Shown here piece after piece: positions 11,221 to 23,044 of a stretch of 64,000 nt of DNA. A program made the translations under genes and the position numbers. The first letter of the stretch is position 1. The number at the start of each line of letters is the position of its first letter. The notes under the pieces were generated by a model, which had not been told where the DNA came from, did not search any database, and was given only the letters and a program-made list of their open reading frames with translations. Source of the stretch: Sporopachydermia quercuum (taxonomy: Eukaryota); contig BCGN01000001.1 of assembly GCA_001599295.1 (NCBI GenBank), forward strand, positions 806,001-870,000, in the 5' to 3' direction.

Positions 11221-11939
11221 AATTTCTTTCACTTAAAATTCTATTTATTAGGCTATCGCGGCTGGTTCTCGATAGATTCCTTGGGTTAGGTTAGGTTTGG
11301 GTTTGGTATGGTTTATTGAAAAATAGTTTTTTAGTCTCTTTCAGAGTTATATAGTCATTGTATCAACAATATACGGTCAGTTTACTTCTCTTGTAATTTT
11401 CACTTGTTGGAATTTCAGTCATTTATGTTTTGTTTCAATCATAAACACCATCCTATCCCATTTATTTCAAGCTTCAAATCACCCTACCTACCCCTCTTAC
11501 ATTTTCCCCATTTTCTTCTTTTTTCACTCGTCTCATATCAGGGGTATTAAGCAAGTTACTTCAAAGCTTTATCTTTTCTTACTTTAGCTTTACGTCTCGT
11601 CTTAGTCTTATGTGTAACTTTGGCTCCAATGATTGATTTTGATCTATCCCATCGAGTTCATTATGATTGATTTGCGAGTGAATGAAGTTTTATAAGAAGT
11701 CATTATAAATAAGCGAATGGCTATAAGATGAATAAGTTCAATTCAACATTTGGCTTTGGATGGAACTGCAGTAGGTATTGAAGAAAGTGCATTAAGTCAA
11801 TTTAGATGGATTAATGGGCTTTGATTGTAATAGAATTGACGAATTTCGACTGAAACTTGACATACAGATAGAAGAATCTCTTTACTTAGAAGTGTACATT
11901 ACATAAGAAAGTATCAGTCTGAAAATAACGATTCGCAAG

Positions 11940-14900
11940 ATGGGCGCTCCTATGAAAGGTATGTTGTTGATTTTATGGATTGAAATGATGTTCAAAAATT
12001 TTTGGAATGCTTGGAATTCCGGCCAAATTATTGATGAATAGAGATAAGTAAAATTAGTGTGCTAACTGTCATGACAGGTTTAGTACAGTTTATCGCGGAT
12101 ATAAGGAATGCAAAAGTAAAAGAGGCGGCAGAGAAAAGAATACGATTGGAATTGACGAATATTCAAAAGCACTTTTCAGCAAAATCGATCTCAGGATATC
12201 AAAAAAAGAAATATGTCTGTAAATTGCTATACATCTACATTCTAGGGTATCCTATTGAGTTTGGTTATATTGAATCGATCTCATTACTTTCATCGAATGT
12301 TTACTCGGAGAAGCAGATAGGGTACCTTGCTATTTCTTTACTCTTGAATGAGAAAAATAACCTGATTCACTTGGTTATAAATTCTATATCTAAAGATTTA
12401 AACGCTGACAACGAAGAATTCAATGTTTTGGCTCTTCATTGTATAGCAACTATTGGCGGTTCAACAATGGGTGAAATATTCATGGAACCAGTGTACAATC
12501 TCCTAAAATCACCGGTTTCAAGCCCATTGATAAAAAAGAAAGCGGCATTAGCGTTATTATGTTTATTCAGAAACGATCCAAGCAGATTCCCTGCTGAATG
12601 GATTCATAGAGTTATATCATTTATTGATGATCCTGATTTAGGTATTGCAACATCAGCGGCCTCTTTAGTTATAGGATTGCTTGATCAATCAAACCTGATT
12701 GAACCTTTTGCTCCTTGCTACTCTTTGGCAGTGAAAAGCCTGTCAAGAATTGTTCTTGATAAACAATATCCTAAGGAATATGAATACTATTCTATACCAT
12801 GCCCATGGCTTCAAGTTAAGCTATTCCAAATTCTTCAATACTTGGACAGACCGAATGATGATAGCATTTACAATAGTTTGATTCAAATTGTTGTCAAATC
12901 ACTGAATACCAATGTTAGACCTACAGACAACGATCAGCAAGCACATGCCCAGAATTCGATCTTATTTGAAGTTATCAGTTTAGCTATCAAGCTAGACATA
13001 AACACCACAACTATGGATAAAATAGTCAATGCATTAGGGGGATTTTTAACATCAGCCCAAACTAATGGAAGATATTTAGCGTTAGATGCATTGTGCCATG
13101 TCACAACTCAATACGAGAAAAACGTGATTGGTATAAGGGAATTTTTGCCTTCTATAGTAGCATTATTGAAGGATAGAGATATTTCTATTAGAAGAAAATC
13201 GTTAGAGCTTCTATACTGTATCTGCGACTCTACCAATTTAGAGAAAATTGTCGGTGAGTTAATGAAATATCTGGAGTCTTCTGACTATTCCATTAGAGAA
13301 GATTTAGTTATAAAAATTGCTGTGTTAGCTGAAAAATACGCATCAGATTATCAATGGTATGTCCATACCATTTTGAAGCTCATCTCATTGGGTGGCAATC
13401 ATATAACGGACGATGTGTGGGAAAGAGTTATACAGATTGTAGTTAATAACGAATCTATTCAAGTGTACTTCTTGAAAATGATCCTTCAGTATTTAAAGGC
13501 TTCCAGCACTAAGCCTGTTCACGAGATTATTATTCGAATGGGAGCTTACGTATTAGGTGAATATGGACACTTGGTAGTTGACCTTAAAGGATCTGAACCA
13601 ATGGATCAGTACTTGATATTAGCAGAGCACTACCCATTCGTTTCTATTGCAACCAAAGTTATGATGTTGACAGCCTTCGTAAAATTCGCCAATCTGTACC
13701 CCGATATAAGAAACCAATTGGTCCTCTTCTTTGAAACTCAAACAGATAATTATGATTGCGAAATTCAACAAAGATCGTTTGAGTATCTGAACTTGATCAA
13801 ATTTGGAGAATCCTATCCAGAATTCATTGCTACTGTTTTGGAAGAAATGCCACCATTCCCAGCTAGAATCTCTCCTTTGTTAGCCAAACTTGAAACTTCA
13901 AGATTGCAAAGAGATAAAACAATAAGGAAGAAATCTGTTGTTGCCAAAGATCTTGACTTCAGCAATATAACCAGAAGAAATGCAAGCAGTGCAAGCTTGA
14001 ATACTCGGCGAAGGCGGTCATCTGAGTTTAATGGTAACAATGGTGGTGCCAACTCTTATGCTGGCGCATCAAACGCTCCACCAACTTCTTCCTCTTCTCC
14101 AACAAAAAAACTTGTACCCCAGTTCACAGGGTCTACTTCAACGTTTATGACAGAACAAGCTGGGGGCTCCTCTTCTAGAGCCAGTCCACCACCTGTTCCT
14201 GCAATACCTTTAACTGCCAATTGGGAGCAGGGTTACTATCGTTTAGCTCATTTCTTATCAGGAGTGTTTTTTGAAAACTCGTTAACAAAGATCCTTCTAA
14301 GAACTGAATACTCCGGTGACACAGGGTACATCACTATTGATTTTCTAAATAAAAGTCCTAGTGCTATGAACTCAGTATACTCTGAAATTACTGTTCCTTT
14401 TATCAAGTTAATTGAAAACTCGGAAGAAAGATTTATTCCTTTGCAAATAACAACTGAAAAATCATTAAGTGCTGAGGTACCTATCAAATCAAGGACAAGC
14501 CAAGTTGTAAAAGTTACTGTGAATAGACCTTATGATAATCCACCTAGGATTCGGTTCTCTTTCATGTCAGGTATTCTTAGTACGATTGATCTAAAGTTAC
14601 CGATTTTGCTGCACAAGTTTTTGAAGCCAACGCCATTAAATGCAGAAGAATTCTTCCGGAGATGGAAGCAAATTGGTGCTGAGAATGGTCGACAATTCCA
14701 GCAAGTATTCAGAAGTAAGAGTAAGCTGAATCATCAAACCAATGAAAGAATGATGACATTAATGAATTGGGGAGTTTGCAGTAATGTCGATAAATCTCCT
14801 AATGCCGTTGTCGGAGCAGCATTATTGAAAACAGCCAAAGGAGGAACTTTTGGATGTCTATTAAGGTTAGAACCAAATGATAGTTTTACGGTAAGTATTG

Positions 14901-15036
14901 TTTTATTTATGTATAAACGTCTCTATTCAACTACTAACATTTCTAGATGTATCGTGTTACTATTAGAACTACGGATGGCGAAGTTTCTAGGATTCTTGGA
15001 TCTTTTATTGTTGAGTTATATGAAATGGGTCCTTAA
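11940..15036 (+). CDS. APL3: AP-2 complex alpha-adaptin, 3 exons (11940-11958, 12078-14890, 14947-15036), 973 aa
   Basis: MGAPMKG|LVQFIADIRNAK...GYQKKKYVCKLLYIYILG. Intron 1 (11959-12077): GTATGT/TGCTAAC/CAG. Intron 2 (14891-14946): GTAAGT/TACTAAC/TAG, which restores the conserved ear ending MYRVTIRTTD. Confidence 0.93.
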
Positions 15037-15317
15037 ATATAGTTTGGTTTATAAACACATGTTATAGATGTTGAAAGTGTATGTAAGTAAATCATAGAAT
15101 GTGAAGCACAGAATTACAGGTGATTCAATGAATATGAAATAAATATTCAGAAGCCTATATAAATTAGGACTACGTTGATTCAGCCTTCCGGCACTGAAGA
15201 ACAAATTGTATACATTGATCTACTTTGTGCTCCTATGTTGATTACATTCATTATATACAGTTAGACCAACATCAGAAATGTTGCAAATCATCAGAAAGCA
15301 ACACACTATATCTACTT

Positions 15318-16181
15318 TCATTTCTTAGATCTAGCACCGAAAATATTACTACCGACTCGAACATTCGTACTTCCTTGTTTAATAGCTTGCTTAAAATCAG
15401 CGCTCATTCCCATACTCAATTCAATAGAGTCAACAACTAACCCCAAAGATTCAGCTAACTCATTCTTCAGTTGAACCAAATTCTTAAAGTCGATATTTTC
15501 TTCCCCGTCAGTATGTGAATGTTCAAACGATCCAATAGTCATTAAACCTTTAAATTCTAGTTTTGGACACGATTCCTTTATATATTTCACCAGGTCGAAC
15601 AAGTCATTCTTCTTTTCTCTATTAATAGCTTCATCTTTGGTGAAAGCACTGATACCGCTTTTTTGATCTTCACCACTAGTATTAACTTGGATGAAAACGT
15701 TTAACAAGGAATCTTCATCTTTCCTGTTGTCATTCAATTTCTTTGCCTTTTTAGTACTATCGAGAGTTTCCACTGCCCACAAATTTGGTATACTAGACAA
15801 ATCTTTACATTTGTTACTTTGTAGTGTGCCAATGAAATGCCAATTGATATCTTTTGGTAGTGCTTCAGATTTACCTACTAGTTCCTGGACATAATTCTCT
15901 CCAAAGTGACGATGGCCTTCAAGATACAAGGCTAAGATGTCTTCAGCTGGTTTGAACTTTGAAACTGCGACTAATCTCACTTTTTCTCTCTTGATAGAGT
16001 TATTTGCACAAGCTTCATTTACTTCATTCTCGATATTACCTAGATTTTGTACTAATTCTTGAACTCTTTCAATATCAGGAAGTGCAACAGTTGAGGCCAT
16101 TTTGAAGAAATAGGGCGGTGAATTCCGTAATAATGCAGATGTTTTCAATGGTGAGAATTGTCTTAGTTGTGCCAAACTCAT
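15318..16181 (-). CDS. Pyridoxal-phosphate homeostasis protein (YggS/PROSC/PLPBP; YBL036C homolog)
   Basis: RLVAVSKFKP, FGENYVQEL, WHFIGTLQSNK, GLMTIG, LSMGMSADF and VRVGSNIFG motifs; second in-frame ATG at 16100. Confidence 0.93.
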   Translation of the reverse strand: MSLAQLRQFSPLKTSALLRNSPPYFFKMASTVALPDIERVQELVQNLGNIENEVNEACANNSIKREKVRLVAVSKFKPAEDILALYLEGHRHFGENYVQELVGKSEALPKDINWHFIGTLQSNKCKDLSSIPNLWAVETLDSTKKAKKLNDNRKDEDSLLNVFIQVNTSGEDQKSGISAFTKDEAINREKKNDLFDLVKYIKESCPKLEFKGLMTIGSFEHSHTDGEENIDFKNLVQLKNELAESLGLVVDSIELSMGMSADFKQAIKQGSTNVRVGSNIFGARSKK

Positions 16182-16983
16182 TCACTCAGTAGTAAGCCCA
16201 TAAAGAAGAAGACGACTTTCGTGCTCCGCATACGATGCGATCTTCTGTGAATTCCGTGTTCAACGAAGAAAAGTCAAAAGGTATTAATTAGTCAATCATA
16301 TAATCAAACAAAATATATTATTATATATCCCATTGACTGTTCTGCTGCGTGTCTGCGTTTCATAAAGTTGCTATCTTAAGAAGAGTCTGTGGACTTCTGA
16401 CAACCAGACAAACATTCAACCCATCTTCATCATCAAAAAAAACCTTTTTTTGATAACATCATCATTAATTGATTGATAAGATCTAATGAATACAGACCCT
16501 CACAAAGGATCTGGACAAGTTAAGTTTAACCTCATCTGTCTAAAACCGGGAGGTTAGATCACCTGAACAAGTCTTCCCATTACGCTCAACAAACACAAAC
16601 AAGGCAAAATACGAACTCATTCACATGTTGACGAAAGTATGTTTTAGCTGTTGACAATGAATGCAATCGCAATTGATTGTTCTTAACATTCTTACGTAGA
16701 CAGTCTGTTCGCAATTTAATAGATATAAAACAGTTTGAGAAAGCAAAAAAAGCTCAATTTGTTTAGGAATGATACACAACTTGTATTGATTGTTGGAAAC
16801 TTCCGGTCGGTGTATTTCTCTGTGAAGTTACATATACATAGGTGTCGTCATTGATTCGAAAAACAAGGCACACGTGAATAAATAGCAATTGAGCAAAGTA
16901 CTCATCTTTGTTGAAGTAATCGCAAGTATATAGAAAGTATCGGGAGAGAGTAGAAACAACAATAATTCCAAGATACTACAAGA

Positions 16984-19077
16984 ATGGTTATATCACTTAC
17001 TAGTAAAGAAGCTTATCCAGATTATGTTATTGCATTCAAATGTGCTCCTGTTGATAAGAAAAACAAGAAATTAGAGGTCGATGGTTTAGCAGAAGCAGAT
17101 TATCTGAATTTTAAGAAACTTGCAGCTAAGCTCAAGCAATTCAATATTGAGATTTTATCTAGACCTGGGAATGATAGAACTGTTCTTATTTTTGCTAGAT
17201 GTGATGATGATGCTGTCTTGAGTTTGTATAGACAAACAGAATTCAATGATTATCTCAACGGAGTTTCATACAAAGTTCCAGGTGTTGAAGGAATCCATCA
17301 AACAAAAGTTAGTAGTTTTACACCTGCTGAAAGGTTAAGGCTTGTTCATTATATAATCTCGAGTGCTGGGTATGCAGGAATTCAACCTCAACTTCCTGAA
17401 TGGGACTTCATTGAAGACATCTTTCCAATTCATGATAAGGAACTGATTGACTCCTGGATTAAGAAATGGAGATCCAAGTGGACTGTTGATAAAGATGATA
17501 TTGATGAGCTTCGCTCAGTATTTGGTGAAAAGATAGCATTGTATTTTGCATTTTTACGCTTTTACTTCAACTGGACTGTTGTAGCCGCGGTAGTAGGTGT
17601 TCTCTGCCATTATATTTTTGGTGACTTCTCTATTGTCTTTGCTATATTCAACGTCATATGGGGTATTTCTCTTGTTTATGCTTGGGATAGGAAAGAAACC
17701 AATCTAGCTGTTGAATGGGGCGTTAAAGGTGCTGTTAGTCCTACTAGAAGAGCTACTTTCAGCTATGAAACCCAATTGCAAAACCCAGTCACTGGAGAAT
17801 TTCATCCTTATTATCCCAAATGGAAACGCCTTTTGAAAGAATTTGCATTCGTGCCTGCAGGATTAGCTGCTGGAGCCGTTTTGATGCTATTTCAAACAAT
17901 TGTCTTTATAATTGAAATTTTCATTTCTGAGATCTATAATGGTCCTTTCAAACAGTATCTTACTTTTCTTCCGACGGTCCTTCTAACAGCAATTGTTCCG
18001 CAACTAACAAATATCTACAGTAGTGTATCATTAATGTTTACTGACTGGGAAAACCATGAGACAGACATTACATATGAGCACTCTAACAGTAGAAAGAAGT
18101 TTGTTTTCAATTTCTTGACGTCTTATATGGGTTTATTTCTTACATCTTATGTCTATTTGCCATTTGCCAGACTTTTGGCTCCTCATTTGGATTTCATTAG
18201 GTCAACGGTTCAGGCTGTATTAGGAGAAGGAACTGTTCGTACAGAAGAATATACAGTTAATCAGGCTCGTTTACATCAACAGGTTGTTTATTTCACATTC
18301 ACTGCTCAAATAATTAATTTTGCTTTGGAATTGGTGGTTCCTTACCTATTACGAGAAGGTACTTCAAGAGCAAAAAAGCTTTCCAAAGGTACAGTTGTGT
18401 TTAACGATGATCCCAAAGAAGCTGAGTTTCTCAAATATGTTCGTAAACAATCTACTTTAGACGTATACGATGTCAATGATGACTATCGTGAAATGGTTGT
18501 ACAATTTGGATATTTGGCTTTATTCGGTCCTGTTTTCTCAATAGCTCCTTTAGCAGATAGTATTAACAATTGGGTTGAATTGAGAACAGATGCAGTTAAA
18601 ATCTGTCTAGAAATGAAAAGACCAATTCCTGAAAGAGTTGATTCAATTGTTCCTTGGAAAGCTAATTTGATGTTTCTTTCATGGCTAGGATCCATTGTTT
18701 CTTCTTCAGTGACTGCTATGTATAGAGATTTGTATAAAATCAACAATCCCAATGAAATCGAGTTGGTGAAGATCAAGCCATGGGTTTTACTTGGAGTTAT
18801 CCTAGTATCTGAACATTTATACTTCGTACTAGTTCAGATTATATATAAGTTGATTAATTCTTCAGAGGCAAAATCAGTGCTGGAAGCTAAGAAAGAGGAA
18901 TATACTATCAGGAAAGAGTATGCTGAGATAGAAGTCAATAAAACAAACTATCTAAAAGCAGCTTCAAATTCTGATGTCAAGATCGATTTGACCGAAGCTG
19001 TTGAAGAGTTTTCTTCGATTGAATTCGGTAAACTGAATTCATCAGAGAAGGAAAGAGAAGGAAAGAAAGATTTGTAA
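16984..19077 (+). CDS. IST2: Anoctamin/TMEM16-family lipid scramblase or channel (Ist2 homolog)
   Basis: FGEKIALYFAFL, WENHET, KKFVFNFLTSY, DDYREMVVQFGY, NNWVELRTD and RPIPERVDSIVPW; multiple transmembrane segments. Confidence 0.9.
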   Translation: MVISLTSKEAYPDYVIAFKCAPVDKKNKKLEVDGLAEADYLNFKKLAAKLKQFNIEILSRPGNDRTVLIFARCDDDAVLSLYRQTEFNDYLNGVSYKVPGVEGIHQTKVSSFTPAERLRLVHYIISSAGYAGIQPQLPEWDFIEDIFPIHDKELIDSWIKKWRSKWTVDKDDIDELRSVFGEKIALYFAFLRFYFNWTVVAAVVGVLCHYIFGDFSIVFAIFNVIWGISLVYAWDRKETNLAVEWGVKGAVSPTRRATFSYETQLQNPVTGEFHPYYPKWKRLLKEFAFVPAGLAAGAVLMLFQTIVFIIEIFISEIYNGPFKQYLTFLPTVLLTAIVPQLTNIYSSVSLMFTDWENHETDITYEHSNSRKKFVFNFLTSYMGLFLTSYVYLPFARLLAPHLDFIRSTVQAVLGEGTVRTEEYTVNQARLHQQVVYFTFTAQIINFALELVVPYLLREGTSRAKKLSKGTVVFNDDPKEAEFLKYVRKQSTLDVYDVNDDYREMVVQFGYLALFGPVFSIAPLADSINNWVELRTDAVKICLEMKRPIPERVDSIVPWKANLMFLSWLGSIVSSSVTAMYRDLYKINNPNEIELVKIKPWVLLGVILVSEHLYFVLVQIIYKLINSSEAKSVLEAKKEEYTIRKEYAEIEVNKTNYLKAASNSDVKIDLTEAVEEFSSIEFGKLNSSEKEREGKKDL

Positions 19078-19310
19078 TTGAAATGCTGAGTTCAATACAC
19101 GGTTAAGAATTGGAAAAGCAAGAAATATTTGCAGTATGATAGATGATTAACAAGTGTCCCTTCATCTGATATTTTTCATTGGTCTTGCTTCTATTTACTA
19201 CTTCTATTGTATTTTATGTATTGTATAGCTGTACTACAGTTAATACATATATTGTTATAAATGCATTGTTGTATCGGTTATTTAACAAACTATTCATCCA
19301 ACTGTTAAAA

Positions 19311-21425
19311 TTACACTTTATTTAAATCAACCCGAGTTCGTTTCCAAATATTATGGTAATAATACTTTTTTTCTTCATGCTCTCCATTAACGCCTTGAGC
19401 TTCCTCTAGTTCCTCGAGCTTTGGGGGTTTGACAGTCATAGTAACAAAAGTTCCTGCTTTCTTACCTTTGATCACGCTACCAGGATTCATCACAACAACA
19501 CCTTTAATCACCTTAACAAAATGAAGTAACTTGGAAGGCATGATAAGAATATCTGGTACAGCTCCAGGGAATTCAGCTAGACCAACATTGGGTAAATCGA
19601 TCTCAGTCTTTGGTTGATAAATATCGATTTCATCCATTGATGGTTTTACTTCCTTATCTTCTTCATCAGAAGCAGCAGGGGAGGGAAGCTTGTTCTCTAC
19701 AATAATTGTTTTCTTTTGAATTGAACCAGGGAAAACTGGGTAAAATCTTCTTTGGTCAATAACATGTTCAGCAATTCTTTCAAATCTATTTCTTTGGGCT
19801 TCTTTTCCGCCACAGCAATCTTTTAAGTCTGCGAAAACATCTAACGTAGATACACCGAATGTAACATCATTTATAGTGAAGTTGGCAGGATTGGGGAAAC
19901 ATTTTACACCTTTTGGTAAATCTAGATGCTTCCTTTCAAAAGCACTCTGAGGGTAAGCAGCATGTTTCAGCGTAGCATCTCGAACAGTTGGAACTAGAAT
20001 AGTTTTGATTCTTGAGTCCAAGGCTTTCAACTGAGAAGACACAGCTACTTTGAACAGATCGTCTAAAGTTGAAACAGGGTCACCGTTCTTCATAGTCTTG
20101 AAATTTTCTGGCAATGAGCTGAAATCACCGTTTACTATTAAAGGATGCGTTACATCGATGAATGGGCCTTGCATGATAAGAAAATGAGGTCTGACTGTTG
20201 TGTTCATTTCATCTACCATTTTAGCTATAACCGAAAAATCAAGGCTATCAATAGGGGTATACGGACCTGACATGACAACGACTTTCATATCATCATTATG
20301 ATGAAGGCTTATAGTACTTTCAATATCAGTAGCAGAACTAACCATAGCAGGCAACGGTGGTAGCTCCAATACTTCTGAAACTGTAAATTCGTTACCACTG
20401 GCATTATTACCTCTTAAAGCAACAATTTGGCCAGGAAAAAAGCTGAAACCTTTGGCTGGGTCTTTCAAAAATCTTAAATTCAGTGGTATTCTTAATCCAA
20501 GTCCTGAAAGACGCGAGCTTTCTAATGCTAATGAAGACTCAGTTAAAGGCTCACCATTGTTCAAAAGCTCAGGAGAATCAGGTACTATTCTCCCCACAAC
20601 AACTATTTCATTTTGGGACATCACCGATGGATTACCAAAGTCAGAAAATTCCAATTGATGATGATCCTTGACTAGCTGTAATACTTCATCAATTTGCTCG
20701 TCTAGAATATCTGCTGCGTCAAGTAGTTTCTGTCTCATGGTCCTATAATTATATTTCTTGATATCAAAGTTAACAGTTAGTTGAGTTTCAACGTTAATTA
20801 TTTTCTCTTCATGAGAAGGACCTTCTTCGTTGATCTGATTAGACAAAGTCTCTGGTAGTCCTTCAGCTACATCAAACTGTGGGTTCAATGATTCAATGAT
20901 TTTACCAAATTCATGGTCAGCGTCAAGAATTAGATTAACAGCTGTAGGAGTATCTGGATATGCTGGAGAAGAAGAACCAACATTAGGCTGATGTCTTTTA
21001 GAAGGAGTTTCCTCAAGTACTTTAGCATGAGATCTCTTAACTGAAGATGAAAACGTCTTGTTATTGCTTCCTATTGATTTTCTCATTGCTATTGGAGTTG
21101 ACGGTAACATATTACCAATAGGGCTACTAGTATTACCAGAAATTCTATTCCTAGGTAGAAGCTTTGCTCGACCGGCTGAGCCCTCCATGCGGCCTTTTTG
21201 CTTACGTTCTAAATCATTTTGAATATAATCTCGAAGATCTTGTAATGTGGACTGAGATAGTTCGATGATCCCTAAATCATTTGTCACGCAGTATGATTCC
21301 CATTTCATAAATAACTCTTCAGCATTCAAATTGTATAATCTCATTAAAGACTCGCATTCAGCGCGAATCGTTGGTTCATCAGCCAAAGGGCCAAATTTTC
21401 TAACCAGTGACGGCTCCTCAGACAT
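19311..21425 (-). CDS. POL12: DNA polymerase alpha B subunit
   Basis: ELFMKWESY, VVGRIVPDS, SFFPGQIVALRGNNASG, GPFIDVTHP, HAAYPQ and QRRFYPVFP. Confidence 0.95.
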   Translation of the reverse strand: MSEEPSLVRKFGPLADEPTIRAECESLMRLYNLNAEELFMKWESYCVTNDLGIIELSQSTLQDLRDYIQNDLERKQKGRMEGSAGRAKLLPRNRISGNTSSPIGNMLPSTPIAMRKSIGSNNKTFSSSVKRSHAKVLEETPSKRHQPNVGSSSPAYPDTPTAVNLILDADHEFGKIIESLNPQFDVAEGLPETLSNQINEEGPSHEEKIINVETQLTVNFDIKKYNYRTMRQKLLDAADILDEQIDEVLQLVKDHHQLEFSDFGNPSVMSQNEIVVVGRIVPDSPELLNNGEPLTESSLALESSRLSGLGLRIPLNLRFLKDPAKGFSFFPGQIVALRGNNASGNEFTVSEVLELPPLPAMVSSATDIESTISLHHNDDMKVVVMSGPYTPIDSLDFSVIAKMVDEMNTTVRPHFLIMQGPFIDVTHPLIVNGDFSSLPENFKTMKNGDPVSTLDDLFKVAVSSQLKALDSRIKTILVPTVRDATLKHAAYPQSAFERKHLDLPKGVKCFPNPANFTINDVTFGVSTLDVFADLKDCCGGKEAQRNRFERIAEHVIDQRRFYPVFPGSIQKKTIIVENKLPSPAASDEEDKEVKPSMDEIDIYQPKTEIDLPNVGLAEFPGAVPDILIMPSKLLHFVKVIKGVVVMNPGSVIKGKKAGTFVTMTVKPPKLEELEEAQGVNGEHEEKKYYYHNIWKRTRVDLNKV

Positions 21426-21659
21426 TTTGCTTTTTCATTAAGATAGAGCAAGATCACTGTAGTTGTGTGATCAGCAATCTATGAAAGGTGTGGTATTAGA
21501 AATGGTATATACGTGACAATGATAATCAACAGAATTAGAATAAAAAATTGGCTGTTACGTGCTATTTATTATAATAAAAGCCTTCAGCAGTGAATTGTAG
21601 TCAGCATACGAAGAACCAGTAATAATGAACAATTATTGTTTCTATTGCGATGTTACAGG

Positions 21660-21690
21660 ACGCGTTAAGCGGTTATATCATTTCGCGTTT
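21660..21690. promoter_or_regulatory. MCB/SCB-type G1/S elements upstream of POL12
   Basis: ACGCGT at 21660-21665 and TTTCGCG at 21681-21687, about 240 bp upstream of a DNA replication gene in an AT-rich spacer. Confidence 0.65.
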
Positions 21691-21938
21691 CAACTCAATT
21701 TCTTTTCTGTGGACTTTGTTCGGACAACTAGAAATTTGGAAATCTAAGAATATCACGTGCTTAATTTTGGACAAATGAAGTGACATTGATACTTAGTGTG
21801 AGAGGTGATATTTTTACATCTATTGATTAGCCTGAAAAGATTGTGCGTTTCAAATATAACATTAGATGATGAGATTATTAAGCATTACATAAGTTTTAAG
21901 GTACAATTGGATGATCATGAAGAATAAGGTATTCTTCT

Positions 21939-22931
21939 CTAGGCAGTAGCCTCAGCAGAGGTAGATGCTGCAGGTTGTGAATTCTTAGAACCATCACTAT
22001 TTCTTTTTTGCTTCTTGTTTTGGCCGTAATTATTCTGTCTCCGGGATCTTTTGAAATTGTTATGTGATGAATGTTGGGAGGATTTTTCAATATCTTTGAA
22101 AGCATTGAACTTCTTCTTATGATTTCTTGGTTTTTGATTTTGAGATTTGCCAAAGCTATATTCAGCAGCTTTCATTTCAACATAAGCGGGTTTGCTCATG
22201 GTTAAAAGTTCTGTATCGCCATACTTGGGTTTAGGATCTAATTCCAGGAACTTTTTAGCATCTTCGAGGTTGGTAAACTCAACAAAAACACTTGATTTGA
22301 ACTTTTTCGTATCATCTCTACGAAGACGAACTTGATTGATATCACCATATTCCCTGAAAAATCTTTCTATATCTTCTTGAGCAGTTTCTGTTTCTTCTCC
22401 AAACCCTTTAGCATAGATTGTTCGTTGTAAGGCATCTTGTTTTTCTTGTTTGTTAGGAGCTTCCAAAGGTACTTTTCGTCTTACTAATTCACCATTATCG
22501 CTGACTTCTAAAAGCTCAGGTGATTTACTAAGAGCTGACACTATAATTTCCACAGGTCTATATTTTCTCATACGTTTGAAATTAGCGATAACAGAAATGG
22601 GAACCCATCCATCATTAGCTTTGGCAGTCATGTATAAAAATTTGTCAGTTGGTAGATTGGCATCTGAGAAGTAAAATTCAACTTGTTTTAAGATTTCTGC
22701 CTCTTTCTCTTCATCAGCAGGCTCAGCAGCCACTGACTTTTTATCTCGAGCCTCTTTATTAGTTTCTGAGGTTTCTTCTTTTTCTTCTTCCTTCTCTTCT
22801 TCCTTCTCTTCTTCCTTCTCTTCTCCCTTCTCTTTCTTTTCAACTACTTGGGCTTCAGGAGCAGCCGGTATTTCGCTAGCTGGAGCTTCTTCAGCATCCG
22901 CAACTTGGATCTTGGACTCTTCTTCACTCAT
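21939..22931 (-). CDS. LHP1: La protein homolog (La motif plus RRM)
   Basis: [43 protein letters not shown] and [10 protein letters not shown]-terminal EEKE repeats. Confidence 0.93.
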   Translation of the reverse strand: MSEEESKIQVADAEEAPASEIPAAPEAQVVEKKEKGEEKEEEKEEEKEEEKEETSETNKEARDKKSVAAEPADEEKEAEILKQVEFYFSDANLPTDKFLYMTAKANDGWVPISVIANFKRMRKYRPVEIIVSALSKSPELLEVSDNGELVRRKVPLEAPNKQEKQDALQRTIYAKGFGEETETAQEDIERFFREYGDINQVRLRRDDTKKFKSSVFVEFTNLEDAKKFLELDPKPKYGDTELLTMSKPAYVEMKAAEYSFGKSQNQKPRNHKKKFNAFKDIEKSSQHSSHNNFKRSRRQNNYGQNKKQKRNSDGSKNSQPAASTSAEATA

Positions 22932-23031
22932 GTTATTCTAATACTTGTTCGATACGGTCTAAAACTTCTTAAACCTATAATATACGCCCAAGAACCTCAT
23001 TATCATAATTTTCGCTTCATCTACACATTGA

Positions 23032-23044
23032 TGAAAATTTTTCA
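23032..23044. promoter_or_regulatory. RRPE element upstream of LHP1
   Basis: TGAAAATTTTTCA about 100 bp upstream of the ATG of an RNA-processing gene. Confidence 0.6.

Noticed and set aside
12059..15067. ORF-track 1002-aa version of alpha-adaptin
   Set aside because: It starts inside intron 1 and reads through intron 2; the spliced model restores conserved termini.
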